A stretch of 64,000 nt of DNA from Perna viridis (Eukaryota), in the NCBI GenBank assembly GCA_037379345.1, contig CM074514.1, forward strand, positions 6,944,001-7,008,000. Reading direction: 5' to 3'. Position 1 is the stretch's first letter; each line of letters starts with the position of its first letter. Shown here piece by piece: positions 12,501 to 24,500 of this stretch. A program made the position numbers and the translations under genes. The notes under the pieces are model-generated. The model had not been told where the DNA came from and ran no database searches. It saw nothing but the letters and a program-made list of their open reading frames with translations.

Positions 12501-15500
12501 TATGAACTCCCCAAAAAAAACCAAAAAAAATGGGAGTGACATCAGATGCTCCGGAACGATTAGCATGTCCAGTTCCGCCAGCGACTTCCGCCATATTGCA
12601 AGTGTAATCCGGTAATAATCTAGCAACAATAAAGCAAAACCGCGACACGTGCCTAAAAGACGCATTACTCTGTATTTTACAAATGATGTTCTTTTATTCT
12701 TTTTAACAGACATCTTCCCTTTGTTGTTTGCAGATCTACCTAAATTTTCGAAAAGGTAGCAAAACTTTTGTTCACGATCCTTAACTTGCTCCTTCCACGA
12801 TCAAGTTGCAATATATGACACATTATCAATCCTCTCGTTTGACAATAATACGGGGTGCATTAAGTGTTGTCTAGTGATACTCCGGGACATCGTTTTTATT
12901 TTTTTAATGCAGTTGTACGGTCACATTGACCAAAGGGCAAATATTTTCATACAGGTGGGGATCTGGTCTCTTTGACATATACACTATACCTATTCTCGTT
13001 ACATGAGCTTTGATATTCAGTCGTGTTATGTTGTGTTAAATACTAAAGCTCCAAATATATCTATTCAATCCTATATTAGCTGGATGTGCCAAACTCCCTC
13101 CTTGTTGAATTCGTGTTTCCTTTCTTTAAACTGCATTTCCAAATGTGCAACTGATATCTTGGCCCATGGAAATTAAACATCATATTTGTACAATATATTG
13201 CAGATGGCAGTATTAAAATCATTTCATAAGAAATATTTAAACTTCTTAAAAAAAACACCAACATATTTGTACAATGTGATATTGACAAACAAATACAATT
13301 GAATTGAGATCATTTCAGCAATAAAACTATCACAGTTTTGAAGATATTGGCTGAAAACTGTAAAACAAAACGTCACTGTTTTACCTTTGAAGGCCAATAA
13401 CTCTAACAAGGAGTTCAATAACTTCGATTCTTTGCACTTTTGTAGGCCTTTTATGATCATTTTGGCAGTTGAAAGAATTTGGCTAAACCTAGTTCAGATC
13501 AGTTCTGGTGATAAATGCGAAAAACTTTTGTCCGACCCCTATGTTATATTTTAGTAACGGTGGCCATGTTAGACGACAGATCAAAAATCCCCACAATAGA
13601 TCGATGTAAAATACCCTAAGGAAAATTCATACCAAATTTAGTTTAAAGTGGTCAAGTAATGTCAGAGGAGACGATTTTTTAAAGAAAAAAACATTAAAAA
13701 AGCCTAAAAAAAGTTTTAAAAGGGCAGTAACTCCAACAATGCTTGACAGATTAAAACGAAAAAATGTCAACCGATAGAGCTAGTCATACTAAACTCTTTA
13801 AACCTATGTCAGAATTTGGCTTAACTATAACGGTTTTGTCTGAGTTCTATACATGATATCCTAAGGAATATCCATACCAAAGTTGGTTCAAATTGGTCAA
13901 GTAATGTACGAGGATAAAAACATAAAAGAGCAAAAAATCGTCGATAAAGAGCAATAACTCTAACAATACTCAACAGACTAAAACGAAAATTTGTCAACAA
14001 ATAGATTTCATCATAGTGAACACTTTTACACCTGTCAATACTACGCACCCAGTTGCCAAAATGATACATATGTGCTTTGTTTGTTTTGTTCTGTCTTATT
14101 GTTGATTTATATTTGTTTCGCTTTGTTGTATTTTAGTTTTGTTTTGTTTTGTTTAGTTTTTATATTTATTTTATTTATTTATTTTTGTTTTCTCATCTTT
14201 GTATATACTTTTTTTATTATGATTATTTAATTTTTTTTCTAAGCGCTTAGATTGTATTTGCTATCATCTGAAACTTTTACTAATCTTCTTTCCCTCCTCC
14301 GACAATGTTCTACGATTTCTCTACATTTCATTGCCATTGGTTCGCCCTGTCATTTTTTGATTAGGACTATCACGGTAGGACTTGGTATGTTGGAAATAAA
14401 AATTATAAGTACCTTGTTCGTACTGAACGTCACTAATGGCAAACAATGAACTGTCACCGGAGAGTGTCATAGTGAAGTTATCTCCAAGGTCAGTATCGCT
14501 GACCCGGAAGTACATCGCCTTATAACCGATTGGAGTATTCTCTTCTAGTTCAGTCTCATTTTGTACAGCTATTATGGTCAGTTCTGTGTCTGCAAAAAAT
14601 GAAACATTAAAGGAAATTAATGAGTGTCAATGCTACATCAATTTTCAAAGACCCCGATGTAGCAAAAACATTGTCTACTATACTTGACAAATACGTTGTC
14701 ATACCAGCATACAAAGCCCAAAACAACATTGTTTTTGTCTGCAAAACGTATTACATCCAATGTTTATTATCAGAGGTAGACGTAGAAAAATATAGCAGTG
14801 ATAAGACCTATACTGCCACTATACTCTCCAAAGAAGAGGTAGTGGATGACCATAAATCTGAGCTATCCTCTTTTAGTCTCTCTACCAAAGACGACGATTG
14901 TGATTTAGCGTCTATGTACTGGATTCCTAAACTCCACAAGAATCCATACAAACAACGTTTCATAGCTGAATCTGCGAAATGTGCAACCTCTTTAAATACT
15001 TTTAACTTCTATACTCGCAGCTGTCGAAGAGGGTCTCCAGTCTTATCACAACACTTGTTACTCCGTAGTGGTATTAATTCAATGTGGATCCTGAAAAATT
15101 CAAGCAAGATCTTTTGGAGCCCCCAATTAAAGATTATTATCAAAATATAATAAAAACATATGATTTTTCGAACGCTTCATACTTCTATTCCCCAAACTCA
15201 TTTAAAATTCCGAGTCAAAAACATTATACATCGTTGTATCTATAAAAAATAAAAGATGGTACACCTAGGTACAAATATATAGTTCTTGGTAGAGATTCCT
15301 CATATTTTGTAAAAGTAATTCCAAATCATCTTCCAAATATACAGAAGAAGATGTTTTCAAAATGCTGGATTTTTTTATCAACAACATATTTGTCCAGGGT
15401 GGTGGACGCGTTTTTCAACAAACGGTCAGCCGTTTCCAATGGAAACAAATTGTACTCGTCTACTTGCTGATATATTTCTTCACTCATGTGAGGCTGTCTT

Positions 15501-18500
15501 TAAGTAAGTAAGTAAGTAAGTAAGTAAACTTTATTTAGAGTCGGCACATATATACATTTTAACAAATCAACACGAGCTCTTATGAGCTCTTTAACCGACT
15601 ATAAAATGTACAAAACAGTAAAACAATACATGGCATCATATAAAATACATAATTATTATAAATAATACGTAGTAAAACATATACTAACCATAGAAAGATA
15701 TGGTGCTCCAGACAGAAGGATCAAGTACCAGGCAGTAAGCACCACTCTGTATACCGATCCTTAAGTCAGGGGAACCACACTTTATAAGGCTATAGACATA
15801 ATTAAAATTCAGATATCATATTTTATTATAAAACCATGATCAGATCAGAAACTGGGGAATCAGACACGAGATAGCACAGGCTGAAACTTGCAAGCAGTGC
15901 AATTACATTTTTTGCCTCCACACCAACTACTTATATAGGTCTTTAACTGGTTAAAGGAAGTAAGTGATCTGGTCTCATTTGGTAAGGAGTTCCAAACCTG
16001 TGCCGCCTCGTATCTAAAAGATTTTTTGCCAAAAGATGTAGTTTTTGGCCGGGGCACCTCAGCTGTATTTTTATAACTAAAATTATAATTACTATTTTTA
16101 ATAATAAACAGATCTTGCAAAAATACAGGACATTCCTTATTAATGATTTTGAAGGTCTCCAAGGCAAAAGTGCGCATCCGGCGGGTTTTCAAAGATGGTA
16201 ATTTCGAAAGGTCCAAAAGATAATCGTATGAGCTGGAATAATCATCATAAATAAAACGGAGCGCACGTTCCTGAATTTTTTCAATTTTTGTAGTATTCTT
16301 TTCACTACAAAAGAGCCAGGTCAAAGGGCAACAACTAAAGTTTGACATGATAAATGAATAATAAATGGTAAGTTTTCCAAGTCTGTTCAAATGTTTTCTA
16401 ATTCTTTTTAAAACGTTTAATTGCCTTGCAGCCTTCTTACAAATGTTTGATATATGTAAATTAAAATTCAATTTGAAGTCAATTGTAATACCAAGTAATT
16501 TTACTTCTTCATCACAAGAAATACTAATACCATTTAAATCAAAAGTAATATTTTTGTCATGTGTTCTCTTGCCAACCGAGATGGCTTGGAATTTCTCAGG
16601 ATTGGCTTGCATTTTATTATCTGAAAACCATTTAATTAAAGATTTACTGTCCTTTTCTAAAGATGAAATAACAGAATTTAAACATTTACCAGATTTTGAA
16701 AGGGTATTGTCATCAGCATAGTTATAAAGAGAACAGTTTTTCACAAAGAAAAATAAATCATTTATAAATACATTAAAGAGAACTGGACCAGGTATTGATC
16801 CCTGAGGTATCCCTTTAAATATATCCATCATACTACTAGTATTTTGACCAATTTTGACACATTGTTTCCTATTAGAAAGGTAACTAGTCAGTAAATCTGT
16901 TGTAGACTTTGATAAACCATAGTAGTTGAGTTAAAGTAAAAGTAGATCGTGAGGAAGGCAATCAAAGGCCTTAGAAAGGTCCATTAAAATTGCAGCTAAA
17001 TATTCGCTGTTATCTAAGGCTTTTTTCCAATCTTCAATTACACGCAAAAGAGTTGATTGACAACCGAAACCAGATCTAAAAGCGGCCAAAAACGGATTGA
17101 AGACTTTATCAAAACGTTCTACCAACTGGATTTGAATAGCATTTTCAAAAAGTTTGGATATTGCAGGGAGGACACTAACTGGTCTGTAATTGCCTTTCTC
17201 AAGAATACTATTTTTCTTATGTATTGGAGCAACTTGTGCTTGTTTAGGACAATCAGGAAAGGAAGATGAGGACAAAGACAAATTGACTAAATTTGTAATG
17301 GGCTTGATAATGACGGGTTTTGCCAGATGAAGTAATTTGGGGGAAATGCCGTCAAAACCAGTAGCTTTTTTAACATTTATCTTCTTGATTCGTACAAAAT
17401 CCTCAGTAATATGATCAAAAGAAAAGGGAATATCAATTAAGTCAGGGTGATTTTCTTGAATGGCTTTTATACTGGGGTGATCCTCATCAACCTTCATTTG
17501 ATTGTTTCCAATAGTTTTAGCAACATTTACAAAGTAATCATTAAAAATTTCACTGATTTCACTTTGCTCTGTTTTTAGAGCAGAATTTTCCGAAATTATT
17601 ATCTCCCTTTGACTGATGCTACCTTCATTGGTCAAAAACGGCTTAACGGTTGGCCAAAAGTCTTTCGACTTCGGACCGCCCGCGCATCTTTCAATAAAAT
17701 ATTGATTAATTGACTTTTTCTTTAATTTTGTAACATAGTTGCGTTGTTTCCTATAATTCTCCCAGTTTCTGTCATTATTACATTTTTGAAATTTATTATG
17801 TAACATTTTCTTCTTAAAAACAGCTTTTTTCAATTCACAGTTCATATACGGAACTTGTCTGGTAATATTTTTTCTCTCTTTAAGAGGTGCATGTTTATCC
17901 GCCACGTCATTAAATTTTCTACTAAAATCAGAATATGCAACATTTACATCGCTAAAATTACTAAAATCAAATTTTTGACTAGAAAGGTCTTGAGTAAAAT
18001 TTAGAACATCAAATTTTTTTTAAAACTTCTACACATCCGCTTTTTAAGAATTTGTTTCGGCAGATCACAATTTAGTTGAATAGATATAAAATTATGGACA
18101 TCACTAATTCCAGTTCCAAAATTACACACTTTTTTAAAATCACAATCTTGATTTAATAAAATAAGGTCTAAAAGAGTTGCCTTGGCATTTTTGGTAAAAC
18201 AGGTGGCTTTTTTAACAACATTTTTCAAATTAAAAATATCACAAAAATCATTAATTATCACATTTTTATCACAGCTGAGCATATTAAAATTGAAATCACC
18301 AATAAAAATATATTTATCATATTTTGTTAAAGTTTTATCAACTGTCTGACTAAAGTCTGTCTGGAACTCATCATTGGACATGCTAGGGGGTTTATAGATA
18401 CCTCTTATGAGTAATTTTTCGCCTCTTTAAAGAGGATTTGATCCGAAAGAAAGAACATCGTTTAGCTAGATCCTTTAATCTCAGTTTCCGCTATAAAGAT

Positions 18501-21500
18501 GACGTATTATCGTTAAACAATCCAATTTTCGGGGATTTGATACATCACATCTACTCCAAAGAACTTGAGATAAAGGATACTACAGACACTGTGAAGTCAG
18601 CATTATATCTTGACCTACACTTAAAAGATCTATAGTAATGGAAAACTACTGACCAAACTTTACGACAAACGTGATGACTTTTCAGTCCGTATTGTCAAAT
18701 TTCCTTTCATCTTCGGCAACATCCCTTCAGCACTTGCGTATGGAGTTATCATATCTTAAATCGTACGTTATGTCAGAGCTTGCCGTAACTACGCAGACTT
18801 TTTGTACCGCACTATACTTCTTACAATTAGGCTTCTGGAACAGGGTTATGTTGCTACAGGATTGAAGTCATCACTACAGAAGTTTTATGGTCGTCATTAT
18901 GAACTCGTGGATCGTTACAGAGTATCCATCTGCACCATGAAAACTGAATTTTCAACGTGTCATAGTTTTTCTTTCCTCTTTCATCTACCCCAGACTTGAC
19001 TTGACTTTTTATGAGCAGCTCGACGTGTTTTTCTAGAAAAACAAAGGAAGCTTACCCTACCGGAGCATCTGGTCCCGAATTAAAAAACGAATATAATTTT
19101 AATACAAAAAAAATAGGTCAACGAACTTGATTTTGAGATAATTGACAATTACTAAAGCCAACGTTTTATTACACTTAATATGGATTCTGTAGGAAGTTTT
19201 TTTTCTACATTTCGCAAACTTCTAAAAAAAAACTTGTAGATGAAGCTTTATATAAGAACACTTAACCGACATTCTTTTATATTTAAAAACTATAATTGGG
19301 GGTCATCGAAATCTTTTTCTTACAATATTGAGAAAACTAAAATTCCTATTTCAATTATATAACTTTTATTCGCCAACTATCCCCTTAGAAAGATTTTCCC
19401 GCTAATTATCTCCCTTTGAAACGGGCACACACATATATATATATATATATATATTTTAAATAATATTTCTAATTTTGCTATTCTAATTTTTATGTCAAAA
19501 ATCATTTCAAATGATTTAAATTGATCAATTTTGCATAATTTCAAACACTATTAGTTAAAACAAAATACATTTATGTCTATAGTTGTGCAAGATGCCAGAA
19601 AAGAATTCTCTGTGTAATAGATATGATCTATATAAATGAAAGTACATTTCATGTTCAGTACACACTGAACTGCAACTCTAATTTCTAATAAATACTTTAT
19701 TGGATAAAACGCAAAACATTTATTATAATTCAATTAAAAAAACACAATCTTAAAAACTTACGGTGTTAATATGACCAGGTCTCGATTTTACTTAGTTTTG
19801 GTACCGAATTAATCACAAGTACATTAGACATCCGACAGGGAATTTTAGTAGTGAATCTCATGGTACACACAATAGATTGAAGTACGAATTGTTCTTGGAA
19901 TTTTTTTATGTTTATCCCCTTACAATTTTTACAACAAAGCCAGGTTTTGCATACAACCCACTAATTAAATGTATATGGAAAAGTATGTAGTTAAGTGAAA
20001 GAAGTGAAAGAGAAGGGTTTGTTTGCATTCACTTACTGTTTGTTGTCGCAAGTTTTAGAGAATATCCTCTATTTGGTACCGTAGTGGCGTTTGAAAAATC
20101 AAGCGTATCTCCATCTACAAAAGTGTCTCTGGATTTTTGCATCATTTTATTGACTTGTGGACAATCAGCTCTGTATGAAGAAGACGTAGTAACTGTACTA
20201 CAATCTGCATGACCTATTATGTTAGGTCCAGGTGAGTGCCTGTAAAATAGTTCCACATCATCATGACAATAGACAAGTCGAGTCTAGTGCATATGAGGCA
20301 GACAGCCAACTCGTTCATATTAAACATCACTTGGTATTTTCCGATGCTTACAAAATGACTATTAGGTGCTAGTTAGATCATAAATTTCACTTGAGGCATT
20401 GATTTAATGAGTGTAAACTAATTTAAAGGATGGATCCTTAGAATAACTTGGAGAGACACCAAAACATTCAATATATGACCCACACATAGGTAACTAAATG
20501 ATGGACACGTCGATAACTACAATCTCCAAAACACAGCTTTACATTAGTATTTAGTACGATAAAAAAGACGATTTTAACTTCATTACGCTCTTGAATAAAG
20601 AGATAAGAAACGAAAAATACACACGCACTGAAGCAGATAAAATATATGTATTCGTCCCTGATATTGGGAGAAATAAAACTTGTTCTTATAAAGAATACCA
20701 TCCTATTACGTCCCCTTCTACTAGCGCCACTCGCTCTGCCGCAATCAGGTTGTATGATACCGTCGTGTTAACGTACTCCACTAGAAACGAATATAAAATA
20801 TTACTTAAGGGGGCTACAGATGAGTTGGGTAGTAATTGGGCTATAGAAGGAATACGACGAAGAAAATACAGTATTATTTGGGACTATGCCTGAATTTGGA
20901 AGTAAAGGTCTTGCTAGGTAAATTTAGGACAATCACACATTGTTTGAATTACGATTAAAATTTGAAAGTTAAGAGAAAAGATAAAGCAGAAAAATGACAT
21001 ATATGCTCATACAGAAAAAAAACTAAAGGAAAGTACACAGGTATAAGAATTGGTCCAAGGTTTGCATTTATATGATCCGCTTATTTATAGGGATGATGAA
21101 TATTTTCACCTGGTATGACAATTCGAGTAGATCCTACCAAATAATACTTGTTTAGGCCAGTGTTCCTGAATATCATAACTTCAAGGATTCCGTAGTTTAC
21201 GGCAAAGAATTCCCACGTCGATGTGGCACCACAACAGGTCATCTGATACGGAGTGTCGGTCATCAGATATAGGTAGCCTAGAAATAGCGAAACATAGAAA
21301 AATTATGAGCAAAATACTTGATTAATTTTGCCATGTTATGTAAAATTTGTGAAATCATTGACAGGTGGCCTTATGCTCTAAATAATGGTTGATAACATAG
21401 AAATTCACTTGAAATCACCAGGGCGGATCCCGCTTAGTCCACTCAGCCCATCCCCCTTTTCGTAGTTTCTGGACCCGCCACTGATAGAAATGGGACGGAT

Positions 21501-24500
21501 ATGGTTAAATGTAACAAATGCACCAGCGAATTAACTAAATACAAAATAGTAAATACTTTCAGAGATCGTCAAAAAGTCTTCAACAAGTGTAAACACACCT
21601 TTAAGTAATCTTTGAAAGACTACAACTACAAAAGTAATAAAATCCACGGTAATAAAACGATGACAATTCCAATTCTTCAAAATCATATTAAAAAGTAATA
21701 TAACGACACAAAGACACAGTTATGACCAACATCTCCTGATCGTGGACCGGTGCATAAAATCTGCGATGGGGTTAAACTAGTTTTAGAAGACCCTAACCAC
21801 CCCTTTAATGTAAGTTCAAAATTAACTGAAACAACAGATACAACATAAAATTCACCCTATAATACACCCAAATCTCTCCATGGAATACATCAACATACAA
21901 CAAATAGACAAAATGACATATCCACATAAAGAACGTTCACTGTCATGAAAGCTGGTTCAAAACACTAAACAATGACATCAAAACTACCAGCATTAGAAAT
22001 AATAGGTCACTACAATGCACTGGATACCAATACTGAAGAATGAATCAGTTTTTGACGAAAGGATGCAATTAGTGGTCAAAAACTTCTATTTGTGAAAACA
22101 AGATTTAAAGGACAGAAAATCATTTGAAAATAGTATCCTTTACTAATAAATCTACTAAGGGCAGTCGATAAATCCATGTCGGATTTTATTATTTCCGTAA
22201 AAAAAACTTGGTGAGCAATACCACTTTGAATCCAGAACCCGCAAGTGCTATTATATTTATATATCAAAGTTTTGTAACGGTGAAAAAACTTAGTAAATGG
22301 TTTTAGAAAGTTATCGATACCTCTGCTGCAAATGTTTTTTGTGAGAAATTTATTGCATTCATTAAAATCTAACATTTTATTACAAATACGAGCAAAACGG
22401 ACCAGTTGTGAAATGTAAATACTGTAGGAGGGTGGTGCAGACATATCCCCATCTAGGAATGAAAAATTAACAATAGGAAAATCATACATTTAGTGTGAAG
22501 GTCACCATTTTCATTTTCTAGTGTAAAATAGTATACGAATACTATATTATTGTTAGAGTGAGTCAACTTATTAAATACGTGTTTTTTTTTTGTTTTTTTT
22601 TGTTTTTTTTTTTTGTATAGATATCTTTAACATAGTTTTCGAAGTTAGTATTATTCACGACCAAAATATCTAAAAGTATTATTGAATTCATGCAACCGAC
22701 CATGTTTTGAAAGATCATTAAAGTGTTTATCCGTGAAATGTGCATTCGCAGCAGTGGAAAAACAAATCCGCTATGAAAGGAGCACATTGGTGCCCATGAG
22801 AATAGAACAACTAGTCCGTAAAAAGCATTTCCAAATCGAATAAAAACATTAGTGATTAAAACAATCAAAGCATTGATAAATGAAGCTATTTATTCCGTCT
22901 TCAATCACTGAGGTTAACAATTTAGAAATATTGAAAATAAAACATCTGCTGGAAGATGAAGAAAAGTGATTTTGGATCCAGTATAAGGACGGGACGGTCA
23001 TGTGACAGTGTTAATACATAACAAAGCAACTGATCTATGATGTAGTTCTCTCTGTTTATAACCAGTACCGGCCCTAATGGTAAGGATGGTACCGACCCAA
23101 GCCTAATGGTAAGTGTGGTATCGACCCAAGCCTAATAGTAAGGGTGGTACCAATCCAAGCCTGATGGCAAGTGTGGTACCGACCAGTCTACTGGTTGGGG
23201 TGGTACCGACCCAAGCCTAATGGTTAGGGTGGTACCGACCAAAGTGAAATGGTAAGTGTGGTACCGACCAAAGTCTAATGGTAAGTGTAGTAACGACCCA
23301 GGCCTAATGGTAAGTGTGGTACCGATCAAATCCTAATGGTAAGTGTGTACCGACCCAAGCCTAATGTGAAGTGTGGTACCGACCTAAGTCTAATGGTAAG
23401 TGTGGTACCGACCTAAGCGTAATGGTAAGGATGGTACTGACCCAAGCCTGACGGTAAGGGTGGTACCGACCCGAGCCTAATGGTAAGGGTGGTACCGACC
23501 CAAGCCTAACGGTAAGGGGGTACCGACCCAAGCATGACGGTCAGGCCATATTCATATGCAATGTACATGTACATTTAAGTTTTATTTAATGTCTTTACAC
23601 AGTGCTGTAAATAACAGGTGATTCTGAAATACCTTATGTCAGATGAAAATACTACCGTACTTTAAAAAATATACTATTAAAATGGTCCTCATTTTCTCCG
23701 GCGAAAATGACTAAAGCTTTCAAAATCCTGGAAAAGAAACCTGGGTACGGGTGTTTCTACCAAGTCGAGCCTAATGGTAAGGGTGGTTCTTTCTTGCAGA
23801 ACAGTGAACACATTGAGAATCTACACGCCCATAACTCTCCTAAAAGTTTTTAATAAGGTAACAAGAAATAGGCGAAGTACTTCACGGGAAAATGTATTTT
23901 CCCGCATTTAAGTTCGTGAAAGTAGTCGAGTTAGTTATTTCGTTCGCGAAGTACTTCTGTATTATATCTACGTTACATGATAACTACATTTAATTTATTT
24001 TCCGCTTTATCCACCGACGCAAAAAACAAGTTTCTTTCCTAGTTCTTTTGATTTTCTTCTTACTCTAGAAATTGGTAGTGTCAAATGATATAGTTCTTTT
24101 GTGATGTTTAATATATATTATATATATCATAAAATGTACAAAAGAACATATTGCAACCTGCACTCGCATTATTGTAAAAGACAAAGGTTGATAAGTACAT
24201 CATTAAATTCGTTTTATTGGAATATTTCAAAATTAAGTGATAACGCGCATATAATAGTATTGTTATATTTATATAAATCGATTTTGTTTTTGCCATGTTG
24301 TCATCGTTTTTCTTTAAATCTTACCCGATGAAGTGTCGTTGCCACTTGCGAGATTGCTCGGGGAGTCTAGCGCAAAGACTGATGTACCACAGACTAAAAC
24401 AAGTAATATCACAAAATAAATGTTCAATATCCAGCTAGTATTGTTGATTACTTCAAATTTGACATGTTTAATGTTTATAAACAAGTTGTATTAAATGTAT

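Larger units (their letters stand above)
14610..19080 (+). mobile_element. Penelope-like element family A copy, split by a LINE insertion (segments about 14610-15503 and 18424-19080)
   Basis: DKYVVIPAYKAQNNIVFVCK and MYWIPKLHKNPYKQRFIA. Sequence is colinear with 6950-7930 on both sides of the insertion. Confidence 0.85.

Noticed and set aside
23065-23545. CRISPR-like array (29-bp repeat with palindromic core)
   Set aside because: Units are contiguous without unique spacers, there are no cas genes, and the context is a eukaryotic intron.
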